Virus record (IMG/VR): IMGVR_UViG_3300030012_001663
Location: 1 to 64,000 of that record
Origin: a virus
Reading direction: 5' to 3' (one strand)
DNA length: 64,000 nucleotides
Shown: in pieces, positions 45,201 to 57,000 of the stretch
How positions within the stretch are numbered: the stretch's first letter is position 1
Layout: every line of letters begins with the position of its first letter
Program-made: the position numbers and the translations under genes
Notes under the pieces: model-generated
Seen by the model: only the letters and a program-made list of their open reading frames with translations
Told to the model about the DNA's origin: nothing
Database searches by the model: none

Positions 45201-48002
45201 TTCCTGTCCTCTAAGTCTGGCTCTACTCCATTCTTTTGCAATTAATGCTGATAAAGTATCAGGAGATGTAGCAAGATCTCTTGTTTCAAGATCCCACCAA
45301 GTTATATCCTGCTCTTCTACTAACATTTTATTTAGTTCTTCTTCTGTAAAATCTCTATTAGAATTTTCTCTAACATATTCTCTTACATAGTCTATAACAG
45401 CTTCTTTAATAAGTCCTGTCTCATAGTTATCTCCTTGAACTTCTCTTAGCTTTTGCTCTAATGTAAGTAATAGAGATGCCTCAGTCTTGTTTAGTATACC
45501 ACTATCTTTGATAGATTTTAAACCAAGGAATGTAGAAGCAAACTTGTCAAAGTTCAATGCATATGTAATAAACTCTTTCTTATTAAAGTTAGCTGGGTCT
45601 TTTATATAGTCAATAAAAGAATTAATTTCTTTAATAGAATCTCTAAGTAGGTTTGCATATACACTACCCATAAGTTGTGCATCACCTTCTAGCGGATCTA
45701 ATGCAAGTTCAATTGCAGCTATAGCATTATTTGTATATGTCAAAGCAACATCATTTGTCTTATCAACAAACAATTGCTTTTTATAATTTTCTATAGCTTC
45801 TCTTCTTTTCTTTAAATCTGTGTGATGATTTTTAAGAACAGTCTTAAGTGACTCATATCTATTATCATCAAACTGTGGACTAGTTGGATAATCAACGTTG
45901 TCTTCTAAGAAGTTAAGATCATCTACAGGATTAAACATTTCTCCTTTAGATACATCTTGATCAATTTTTTCTTTGGCTACTGTATCTACGTTTAGTGGAA
46001 TTAGCTTATCTACAATATGATTATTGTAAGATGGTTTATGTGTAACCATACCATCCATTCTATAAGAACCATTAAACTTTTGGTTAGTACCTTTACCTGT
46101 AATATCTACATGTATATGAAAAGTTTGTGCACCATAGTCTGATTGATCTACAGTATAACCCATGTTCTCAAACATTCTTCTATACATGTTTACTTGAGCA
46201 CCATGCTTACCCCTAGTAGATAACTTCTCTACACCTTTATCTTTTAGTAAGCTATCATCTTGTAAAGCCCACTCTCTTTTGTATTGTTCTTTTGCTGTGC
46301 TTGCATATGCAGTCTTACTGGTTTTAAGATCTATAATCTTTATCTCACCTGTTGGTGTAATACCAACAATATCTGCTGTACCAGCAATTTTTGTTTTCTT
46401 ATCATATACAACAACCTGTGGTATAAATACTGTACCGTCAGCTTTTAATCCAGTTATAAATGCAGATAAGTCTGCAAAAGCTTTTTCTACTAATGCTTTA
46501 TCATCTTTTAATACACTTTTAGAGTCTGCTTGCAAGTCTTGGAATACTTGGTCAAGGGTTTTATCTGAGAGAATACCATCTACTATAGAGTCAAAATCAT
46601 TACCTATTGCAATGTTTAGTGCAACTTCTTGCTCGTTAAACATCTTACCATTAATGGCTGTAGTAGCTGAAGTGTATTGATCATTAAGGTCTGTTATATC
46701 ATAGTATGTATGATTCTCTTCATTAAGTACAACTATACTATCACCCGTCTTTGTATCTTGTGGGCCTGCAGATAATGAATCTATTGTATCACTCTGCTTC
46801 ATGGCAATATTAAAAAGCCTATCAATTATAGCTCTCTGTGCTGTATTAGCCTGAGCTTTGACATGGTTTACTATCTTTTGTAATCTATCAGATAGTGCAT
46901 ATCTTACTTTTCTATCTACAACCTTTTGTATTTCAAAAGTTATATCAGAGGTGTTAAGCATTCTTGCAATGTCTGACATTGTGGTGCTAGGTTTTATCTG
47001 ACTTGCTTTTAACACAGGTAAACCTGCATCTGTAACATACTTATGTAAGTCACTGATAATATTAAAGAACCATTTAATTATATCTGCTATCTTATCTAAG
47101 TAGCTTTTTGTAGGTGTATTCTCATACTCTTGTCTGAAATGTCTTACAAGTGCTTGAGTTACAAGCTCTAAGTTTCTGTGTGTTTCATTAAAACCAAGCT
47201 TGTCTTTGTATGATGCTTCTATCTGTTGTGCTAAGACAGGAAAGTTTTCTTTTGTCTCAGCTAACAATGAGTCAAATAACTCTGGGTTCTCTGCTTTGAT
47301 TGCATCTACAAATGGGTGTAACACCTCTTCTACTGCTGTATTAGCATCTACTCTACCGTCTATAAGTACAGCTTTACCATTTACATAAAATGATTTTATA
47401 TCATCAAACTTTACTTTTGACTTCTGCCCTGCTGGTAGAGAGTTATAATATTCTTTTGCTGCACTGACTGACATCACCTGAACATCTATCTGAGGAAACA
47501 TTCTCTCAAGATGCACTATAATATCTGTAGTTTTTAAATCACCTCTTGTTTGTGGTAGGATATCTTGTATACTAAATAAATTATCTCTTACAATAATCTT
47601 TGCTGATCTTGTTGTCTTTAAGATCTGTACTGTGTCTTGTGGAATATTATTTATCTCAAGATATCTTCTGATCTTTTTTATATTCTTATCTAGAATATTT
47701 TTATCTGCTACAAAACTCAGTCCGTCAGTTGCATTTACATAGTTGTAACCTTTATATTTTTTTGTAACAAGCTTCTTAGATATAAGATTAGAAATAACAG
47801 ACTCTGCAAACTCTCTCTTTCTTACTGATAGAGCAGTCTGGTTGTCATCAACAAAATCCATTGCTTCCTGTATAGAAGGTATAGTGTCTGTATTATTAAG
47901 ATCTTGATAAGCATTTATCAAGTTATCTGTAACAATATTAGACCCAAACTCTTCATAGAGTGCTTTGTATTCTGCTGTATTTCTATTTGGACACTTTGCC
48001 AT
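42261..48002 (-). CDS. Large virion cargo/ejection protein with degenerate zincin and PD-(D/E)xK nuclease domains
   Basis: EEVLHPF..ELVTQAL; SATT..IGNDFD..IAGTADIV..IIDLKT..QVNMY; position next to the virion RNAP as in crAss-like phages. Confidence 0.72.
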   Translation of the reverse strand: MAKCPNRNTAEYKALYEEFGSNIVTDNLINAYQDLNNTDTIPSIQEAMDFVDDNQTALSVRKREFAESVISNLISKKLVTKKYKGYNYVNATDGLSFVADKNILDKNIKKIRRYLEINNIPQDTVQILKTTRSAKIIVRDNLFSIQDILPQTRGDLKTTDIIVHLERMFPQIDVQVMSVSAAKEYYNSLPAGQKSKVKFDDIKSFYVNGKAVLIDGRVDANTAVEEVLHPFVDAIKAENPELFDSLLAETKENFPVLAQQIEASYKDKLGFNETHRNLELVTQALVRHFRQEYENTPTKSYLDKIADIIKWFFNIISDLHKYVTDAGLPVLKASQIKPSTTMSDIARMLNTSDITFEIQKVVDRKVRYALSDRLQKIVNHVKAQANTAQRAIIDRLFNIAMKQSDTIDSLSAGPQDTKTGDSIVVLNEENHTYYDITDLNDQYTSATTAINGKMFNEQEVALNIAIGNDFDSIVDGILSDKTLDQVFQDLQADSKSVLKDDKALVEKAFADLSAFITGLKADGTVFIPQVVVYDKKTKIAGTADIVGITPTGEIKIIDLKTSKTAYASTAKEQYKREWALQDDSLLKDKGVEKLSTRGKHGAQVNMYRRMFENMGYTVDQSDYGAQTFHIHVDITGKGTNQKFNGSYRMDGMVTHKPSYNNHIVDKLIPLNVDTVAKEKIDQDVSKGEMFNPVDDLNFLEDNVDYPTSPQFDDNRYESLKTVLKNHHTDLKKRREAIENYKKQLFVDKTNDVALTYTNNAIAAIELALDPLEGDAQLMGSVYANLLRDSIKEINSFIDYIKDPANFNKKEFITYALNFDKFASTFLGLKSIKDSGILNKTEASLLLTLEQKLREVQGDNYETGLIKEAVIDYVREYVRENSNRDFTEEELNKMLVEEQDITWWDLETRDLATSPDTLSALIAKEWSRARLRGQERAEALNAEIRSLGNRLAKLTGTQDPRKIYEFMAEMDEDGRFTGLTIRKLGQQYYLQADRLRDALKYDNGDPIEYVMIDDLETADPADIKHNLDLYQKKQAYADFWRAETIEDGKLVDGEFHEYTQEWKDIRARYQTFVPSGAHGYWIFKPGVSPEEQAEFRLKYQDQKEDALFMEKKNGEPTGRLIPGTSYYPKRKYRVAKETTRSGKVMTSEKYNKIMNPTDALGRAQRDFYMAYTERYDDMLKKLPMAVRDQMLGRAPLVRGKMISHAKNQAGTKLGFEAWIRNKADWLKKGFSTTSKFRRVSVDDNGNLIDSLPILFVGRPADEKKLKAAEEKVEAIKLQYKQGKIKKYQYEKEIGIAKAEVQTLLGKPGADEISMDFADSLIKFTAMAENYQQMDDISDTLKAIKTIVEDRTYYDADTKTGTLRRAVSKGADAVGNAALRMVGKKGSETQEESNTVKRVKAWFKMVYYNSDEINRTVADKAVQQLISYSSLSYVAFNAIGNLNNLAIASVNNTIEALGGRFYTRSSYLRANKEFYLGQIGQSMIKRTAYAASRGAGQRYDPRLPMTKWEALAMQFQMMDADADIRENIQGNDALNTNFFSLDNIKAFGYSLQDAAEYKVQTTVGMALLMDTIIENSSTGERLNLFDAYEFDSKTQTAKLKEGYDTIVETKGIENPKEIKKEFTENFRFDTRMKIREVNKQIHGNYAREDRMVIQRRNLGQLLAQFHKWVAPAIRARFQREYFDENLGWMEGRYKSWWEMMAYITKQLGKLNLNVATYKEGFMKERGYGEVSEQVDQKIENKIFGFQRTMADISMVLATLMLKNILLGLFDDDDDDNPTLKRLKNLAIYQTDRTYSELVMFMPVVPDGLVQMGEMISDPIASTRTLGAIGEALQATTRYTLANTGAFLTRATDNEARFTISPMERYNMMNNSQLYYQNRPKKGMLKMRKEWFDAIPALYTIQKWEGFLKRQDFYID

Positions 48003-48006
48003 GCTT

Positions 48007-51000
48007 TTATATTTTTAAGGTACACTTAATGTTTTCTAAGAAAGCATCATCACTTATACCAAATTTAAGGTTTTTTCTTTTCTTTAGGAAGTCATCAAAG
48101 CTATTTATATCTTCCTTATCTGCAAGTATTGCTAACCTATCATTGAAAGGACCTATGTTTTCATTCCAATAATTAGTCATCTTCTCAACATCCATTTCAG
48201 ATCTTTTAGGTTTAAGCATAGCTTTTAATTTACTTGGAGTTTCTACATCATCTTCAACAGCAGTTCCTGTCTCAAACTCTTCTACTCCCTCTATCTGTTG
48301 CTCTGCTCTTTCAAGTGCTGTTGCTTGTGCTTTTGTAAGTTTAGATACAAACTTAGATATATTAGTATTATTTACTTGTACGTTAACACCATCAAATGAT
48401 ATATCCTCTGCACCAGAAAAATAATTAGGATCATTTATTCCTGCAGCTCTTTCAAAGTCTTCTAGATCATTTTCTTTGTTCTTCTCTACTACTGTTTCAA
48501 ATATTGTTTTACCAGTAGGTCTAGTAAACTCAACTGTATCAAACATAAACCCAATACCATTTTGACTTGTAGAACCTGTAGAGTTTACAATTAGATAATT
48601 TGTTTTCTTGTTTACAATATTAATATCTTGTCTATCTCCTGTATCCTCTAGTTCATATAAAACTTTATTAATTCTAAGATACATTGGTGCTATATAACCA
48701 TTAGGAGTAATTTCAAATGCTTGTAGGTCTGAAGCTCTTGCACCCTCTGCAGCAAAATCTATAGTAAGACCTTTGTCATTTATGCTAATAACATTGCTAC
48801 CGCTTGGCGGTGTATAAAGAGTTTTTACAAAAGACTGAGAAGAAGAAGACTTTAGGTATCCTTCTACAAACTCTTTAGTTAGTTCTTGTATGCTTTTACC
48901 AAATACATCTATAACTCTATTTGGATCATTTTTCTGAGATAAGAATTCTTTTGCAACTACTTCAGAGTTCTGAATAAATCTATCCATAACAAAAGGTGTG
49001 AGTGCTTCTAATAAAGAGCCTTCTGCAAATTGTAAACCATCTTTTACCATTACATAATGTAATATATGTATAGCATCTTCCTTAGTGTTTACCTCACCAT
49101 AAATTTTAGCAAAACCATTTTGTAGTTTTATTTTTTGATTATCACTTAGTCTAGCAAAAGTATTTGACACAGCTGTATTCAAACCTGTATTGTTATTTGC
49201 ATCTTTAAATGATCTGTTATACACAAAGAAATCTAAGAAGTAATTATCTTCATCTTTATATAACTTCTTTAATCTATCTACTACTACATTTATATTTTCA
49301 TCTGTAATACTATTAGGATATATCATTGTGTTAGATAGTGATCCTGATCCTATTTTTGCTTCTGTATTTAGTAATTGATTTCTATAAGCTGTAATAGTTA
49401 AAAAAGATAATAAATCAGTAGATATTTTTCTTATATCATTTTCTCTTAGTTGTTTTGTGTTAAAACCAAGAGTAGCTAACATAACTTTAAAGTCTGTACT
49501 GTGTGTCATGAGGATGTTTGGTAATAATACATCCTTAAATTCTTTGTGTATTTTATAGTTTGTTGCATGGAAACTATCACCCTCAAAAATCTTTCTGACA
49601 TCAAAAGGTACAGTCTTACCACCTTTTATTCTGTGTTGCTTGAACTCTTTGTTAGTTAGCCCTAATCCTAATTGACTTGCTGCACTTTCTTTACCAACAA
49701 TATCAGCTAAGTTCTTACCATGACCTTGCATTAAGTTAATAAGTGCAGTTGCATTAATACTGTGATTAGTTATAGTATTTACTTTTTGTAATACTCTAAG
49801 AATACCAACTGTTTGAGATTTTGTAACATCTTTATCATTTAAGGCTTTTAATAAAACACCATCTGTAACTTTAGCTGGCTTAGCTTTTAATTCTCGTATT
49901 CTAGCATTAATATTAAAATCTGATACACCTTCTTCTATTAATGCAACAACTTCAGGATTATTTACAAAATATATTGAAGTCTCAAGTGGTACACCTAAAC
50001 TTACCATAGTAGTAACATAACCAAGAGCAGTTTTGTTAAGACCTAGCTTAGATGCTAATCTTTCTTTTGCATTATCAGTCATTGCTGTAATCAACTCAGA
50101 TAATATATATTGTATTCTATCTCCTTTTTTATTCTGTCTATTATTCTCTAGTACGTAGTCTACACCAAATGTTTTAAATGTAGAATTATTTATACTAAAG
50201 TGATATTGTGGATCAAGCTTAATACCAAACTCAGCAAATAAACTATAATATAAGTTGGGTTTTACAACAACACCAATAGAGTCTGCACCTTCTTTATTGT
50301 TTTTGAATGATAAAGTTTTACCAAGTAAACTATTTACATCTGTTTTAACATCTGCTGTTCTCTTAGCAAACTCTGGTGCATCTACTTCTAATGACTTTCT
50401 TATCTCTGTAAGTCTTGTAAGCCCTGTACCTTCATAAGATATAGCTACATTATTTTTACCATCTATATTTCTAGGTGTAGTTACAAAGTCATTACCAAGT
50501 AAAGCAAACTTATAATCTAGATCTTTGTTTGATAAAGCACCCGCATATGGTTCACCATAAGTTTCAACATAGGTATTATACTGTTCTAGTGTAATAGGCA
50601 TACCAAGCATCTTGAGTGCTTTAATAGAGTCTAGTTCTAAACCTGATGTTCTTCCTATTGCAGTATTGTCATCATCAAGCTTGATAGTTTCTGATCCTTT
50701 GTTTCTTTTATCTAGCGCTTCTTTATAGATATTCTTACCCCTAGCTTTTATTTTACTATTAACGTATTCTACATAGTCTGCATAACCATTTGTACCATAC
50801 TCAACAAACTCATTACCTTTTTGATAAAACTCTTTAAAGTGTGTATATAGTTTATCAATATCAAAGTCAGCACCTGATATCTCTAATAAGTCTACAGGAA
50901 ATACAGCAGTTGAGCCAAGATAAGTTGGTAAGAAATCTATCAACTTAAGATTAATAGCTGAGTGATTATCTTGAGAAGGTATACGTACACCATATGCTTT

Positions 51001-54000
51001 TGCAACAGCGTCTGGCATAGATGCATTTGTATTTTTTATTCCTGTCACTACTTCACTGTGGTGTGCAGGCATTAAAAACTCAGAATATCTTTGTCCTGTA
51101 TATTTACCATTACTATCATATTCTTTCAATCCCATTCTTGGTTTATCAAGAACAATAACTCCTTGACCTTCTGATGCTTCTATAAGTCCAGCAAGTCCGT
51201 CCATATCTCTTGATATATCCAACACTGGTTTTTCATTACCAAATTGTTTGTGGTAAACATCTTCTCTAATAATTTCTTGTCTGTCTATATTACCGTTCTC
51301 ATCTAAAGACAATACTCTTCTATACACTTTAACACCATAACCTGACATTAAAGCAAGAGATGTTCCTGGTAATTTATCAGCCATTACACTCTTACTGAAA
51401 TATGCCATAAACAATTGCTCTGCTTTTGCAATAACATTAGGTGTGTTGAGACCATACTTCATAGAACCATCTTCATTTGTCATAAACTGTTCTATAATAT
51501 TAGAACTAGCTTGTGATGCTTTTAAAGATTCTGTTGCATACTGCAAGAAGTTATATAGATCTAACTGTAAATCAACACCAGGTTGTAATAACTCATCTGA
51601 CTTAACACCATCTAAATTATCAAAGTCAACTAGTAAGTTTCTTTTTTGTATATGACTAAGTAGTATCTTTTGTGAGTTGTTTTTATTGTACTGTTCTTTA
51701 ATGTCTTTGACAGTAAACTCAGTACCATTTATAGTAACCTTTGTATTATCTTTTTGCTCTCCTGTAATTAATGTTTTCATCTGTGTAGGAGATGTTATCT
51801 GCATTTTATTAGATGGATTTACTACCTGTAATCCCATAAAGTCTGTAGATAACTCAGTTACATTATTTTTATCTATTGCAGATGCACTAAATGCTTGGTC
51901 ATGAGTCAATACATTCTGCTTTAACATCTTAAGAGCTGAGGTAGGAGCACTGAATATAACAGTTTCATTTGCTCTTTCATACTCTTCCATTTTAATCCTC
52001 ATATTATGAAGCTCTACCTTATTAGGTTTTGGAATAGTATATTCTCCATTTTCATCTTTAAGTGAAGTAAGCTCTGGTGTTAGTGCTACAGCTGACATTT
52101 TTATGTATGTACTACCATCAAAGTATACCAGCTTCATAGAGTTCATAACATGCTGGTCAGATACATAACCTCTTGTGTCTTCTGATCCAAAGAATTGATC
52201 TGCTGTCACCTCTTCACCTGATTGTACTTGATCATGTAATTGTGCAAAACCTTTATTGAGTCTACCCATACCAAAGTTAGAATATCTAGATCCTTTGGTT
52301 GTCATATAAACTTGTGCATCTGTTTCTTCTGATAACTTATCATCTGCCTTTCTTTGATACATAGGATCATTAAATGGCAGTACGCCAAAAGAACTAAGTT
52401 TGTGATTAATACCTAACTCAGGTGCAACAAAAGGCACAGTAATATTCTTATGTGCTGCATTTTGTCCTTTACCTCTTTTTACCTGATCTACTGCATCTTT
52501 AAGAGTTCTACTCTCATCTCCAAGCAACAATTGATTGATTGCGGTAGTATTTAATTTATCATTAAAATATATCTGAGCTAAATTAAATGATGCATCTGAT
52601 CTTTTTAAATTTAATTGTTCCATTGCTAAGTCTACGTCAGCATCTAATTTTCCTGACTTGTTTACTAAACCTGTAGCTGCAACTGGAATATCTGAACCTA
52701 ATACTCTAAGCTGAGCTATTGTATCTAAAAATTCATCAAACTCATTCATTAAATTAGTTTGTACATGATTGTACAACTTACCTTTTAGTGTTGTAAGTTT
52801 CTTAACTGCATCTTCAAAAGATAGTTCTCCTTTATTTGCTATCTCTTCTAGTTCTGTTGCTACTTCTTCTGATAGATAACCTCTAGATGTAAATAGCTTA
52901 TATGCTCTACCGTTTTCATCTGAGTTATATCCTTCAATTCTATCTTGAGTAGGTTCAACAACTTCTTTTACAATTCTATTATATTCTTGTCTAAGTATAT
53001 CTACAAACTCATCTAGTACTGGTACAGCAATAGTCATATCAGAACCTGTTCCTTCAACAGCTTTGGTTACTGGTAATAGCATCATATCACCTGTATTAGA
53101 TGCTTCAAGCACTCTAATTAAAGATGGTGCAAGCGCAACCTTTTCTCCATTTACCTCTACTGTTTTGTTCTTAGAGTTACTAGTATTATATAGATAGGTA
53201 TATGCATTAATAAGATTTACTAAAAACTCTTTGGCTGTTTGTTTTCCATATGTAGTAGAATCTTGTTTAACCAAACCACCGTCTCCAATGATCTGACCTG
53301 CTTCACTTTGTTCTATACTTGCAACTCTTGAACCAGCTATTCTTAATATAGATATTTGATCTGTCTCAGATAATAAATTAAATGCATCTGATTTTAGCAA
53401 GTAGTTATTAGGATATTTCTCTTTAAGCTCTGCAATAAAATCACCATCATTCATTTGTACAGCCATCTTACTGTGGAATGTTGGTAACTGATGTAAGTAA
53501 ACCTGGTTACCATCAGCATTTATATATGTACTAGCACCTACATTCTCATCAAACTGCTCATTTGCTATAGCCATTCTAATAAGTCTAGACTCCATGCCTT
53601 CAACACCTTTGTCAAAAATGTTACCTGACTTATCTTCTTTTAATGTAGCACTACTAACAATATCTCTAAATGTAACAAAGTCTTTAGATGACAATGGTTC
53701 TACATTTTGATATTGTTTTATAAATGTCTTTTGTGCTTTTGTAGGTTCTAGAATAGCTTTGCCTTCATTTGCCACAAGCATGCTGTACTTAATATATCCT
53801 GTGCTAAGTAGTATACCTGTACTATTGTATAACTTTTCTCTAATAATCTCTGCCTCTTTAGATAAAGCTTTTTCAGAAATAGACTTTCTGCTTCTTGAAA
53901 GTTTACCTATTGCATAGTCAAACGTTTGTGTTGCTTGGCTCTTGCTAGATGCATTTCTTTTAATCTCATTTAGTTTTACATCATAAGCTGCTGACCATAT

Positions 54001-57000
54001 ATTTATCTGTGATCTTGCAGCATCTCTTGAAGCAGCATCATATAAATAAGTTTTATTATTAGCCGGGTCTTTCTGTACAAATAGGTAGTTAAACCTGGAG
54101 TTTTGGAAAGACTTAATAACCTGTATCAAGAATGCAGGATTATTAACTTGTACTGGCATTTGTTTATTATCAACAAGCATTTGTACATCTTCTTGACTCA
54201 TACCAGCATCATTAAATAATCTATCAACAAATGCTTTTGTGTGCATATTGTCTTGGCCATAATTATATAATGCAAGTAATATGTCTTCTGGTGTATTAAG
54301 ATTCTTCACTGCTTTTAATGCACCATTATATACTCTATCTACATCTACTGGAACAATTAATCTTGCCCCTTCTTTTGTTACTTCACCTCCTACACCAATA
54401 GTTTGATCAACTATAAATTCATTACCAAATATATCTGTGTCTTCTACAGTAATAGTACCTATGTATTGTTTAATTTGTGTAGGTATATTAGAAGCACCAC
54501 CAATCAAACTAGCATCTTTATCCCACTCACTTACATCACGTAGCCCTAAGTTTTCTTCAATAACTTCATTTATATCTGCCTTCTTATCATACTGTAAGTC
54601 ATAAAACTCTAATTGTTTTCTCACAGCTTGTATAATAGGGAATGAGCCAGGAGACTCTTCAAACATTAATGCTGTATTTATTTCTACAAGTTGGTCATAC
54701 AATTCATCAGATAATTCATTATATCTAGTTTGTTCTGGATCATAAAGCTCATAGTATTCATCATACATTTGATCTTCAACAGCCTGTAAAGTCATTTTAG
54801 GATTCTTTTCTTTTATTTGTAAGAATCTTGCCGCCATACTGCTGACTAGGAAAGTAGATATATTAGGATCAAGATATTCAAAATCTACAGTTCTTTCTCC
54901 TGCTATTTCTTTTATAGGTAAAAGTTTATATGCATCCAGAGTAACACCCTGATTAATCAACTCATCTGTATAAAGGTTATCTGTAGTACCTCTAGATCTA
55001 AACTTACCTGCATCAATTGATTCATACAAGCTTTGTAGTTCATTTTTAGAATACTTACCAAATACAGATTTTATCCATGCAATAAATCTGTTAAACAAAG
55101 ATTTAATAAATGATGCTGTCTGAGTATCTTTTGGATTCTTTTTAAATAACTCAAACTGATCTGCCATATACTCTTCAAAGAACTCTTGCTCTAATCTCTT
55201 ACGTGACATAGAACCATAGAGATCTGCAGAGTTTTTAAACTTCTGTATTTCTGTTTCAAAGTTCTTACCTTCTGATCTTAGTTTTGCTCTAAGTTCTTTT
55301 TCTGCTAAAGCTAAGTATTGTTTCTGCTCTTCTGGTGATAGTAACATTCTAAATACTGCATGGAAAGCTTCATGGTATCTAAACCCATGATCACCAACGT
55401 ATATAGTTCCGTTGATGTCTAAACCTCCTGCAAGAGAATCAAGAGCTAAAACAAATTTACCAACAGTGACTCCGTTTTCTTTTAGTCTGTTACCTACTTC
55501 ATTAATATCTTTTATAGTAATAAAGTTAGGTAGATTGTTTTCTGCCCATGACAAGAATGAATCAATCTTTTCAGTTTCTACTTCTGCAAACTCTGCAGGT
55601 AGTATTTTGTATGCACTAGAATTATTTAATTTTTTTCTAGCATTATCCACTTCTTTTTGTAAGCTTTGGTACTCTGTATTTTCATCAAGTGCTTTCTTTC
55701 TAGGTACACCGTCTTCTTTTGCCTGCTCATATATAGCTTTCTTAAGAGCATTGGCCTGTGCTTGTAGTTTATTAAACTCTTCTATCTGCTCTTGTCTTTC
55801 AGATACTTGTTCTGACTTAGCCGCTATTTCATCAAGCTTACCTATGTTAAGAGTTTCTTCCTTCTTAGTAGTCTCTTCTTTAACAACCTTTGTACTTATG
55901 ATCTTGTCTTTATCAGCCTGTGTAGAGTCAACAGAAAAATGTAATTTTCTTTTTGGTTGTCTAAACTGTATAGTAGTATTAGTTTGATCTAATATCTCAT
56001 CTACCGTAGCTGTTTCTGATATAGGCTCCTTAAAGCTTTCAGCACTAAGTGTATTATTTGGATTAACTTTATTGTATTCTGTAATTAAACTTGCAAGAAC
56101 ATCTGTTGCACCTGTCTCACCAATTGCACCATCTATAAGTTTTTGTATAGCATTTGCTTTGATCTCAACCTTTTTACCACCCATCATGTCTAATGTAATA
56201 GACCCATAAGGTGTAACCTGTACAGCTATTTGTGTACCTGCTTTACCAGCTAGATAGTAATCTGCCTTAATTTCTTTATTCCAATCTGTATTATAAGAAT
56301 TAGATTTTACTTTACCTTTTTTATCTACATTTGATTTAGCTGTATCTAATGCTCTTTGTATAATTGTTTTAACAAAGTACTCTTGTATATCTTCTTTTGG
56401 ATTTAGATTAAGTGGTGCTAGTTTAATAGTACCATCTGGTCTCTTCATCACTGCAGTGTAACCAGTTCTTAATGCTATCTTATATAAGTTATTATCCTTA
56501 AGATCTTTAACAACCTTATCATACAATGCTTGTGCTGCGTCAGAACCTTTTTCCAAACTACTCTCAAATGTTACAACTTGTTTGCCATTTACAGTTCTTC
56601 TAATTAATACAAACTTATTACCATCATAGGTATTGTTTTCTATTTCATTTACACTAACAGCTGGACCATTGTAATCAAAGCTTTCTCCTTGTATCTTTAT
56701 ATTAAGACCAAGATCTTTTAGTTCTGATATAGATACTGATGATTTACCATCTGCAAATAATTTATCAAATATTCTTACAACACTTCTAGAAGAGTTAAAC
56801 TCACTTAAGATGTGGTTTCTATCTGCAAAGCCTTCAAACATATACTCTAAAGAAGACAAAGGATTATCATTGATGCTAAGTCTCTTGTTATCTTGATTTA
56901 CAAACAAGTATTGTCTATTAGGCATATACGCAACTGGTTGTCCTTCATAGGTTAGAGTAATAGTATACTTCTCATTTACTTTCTTTATAAATGGATTCTC

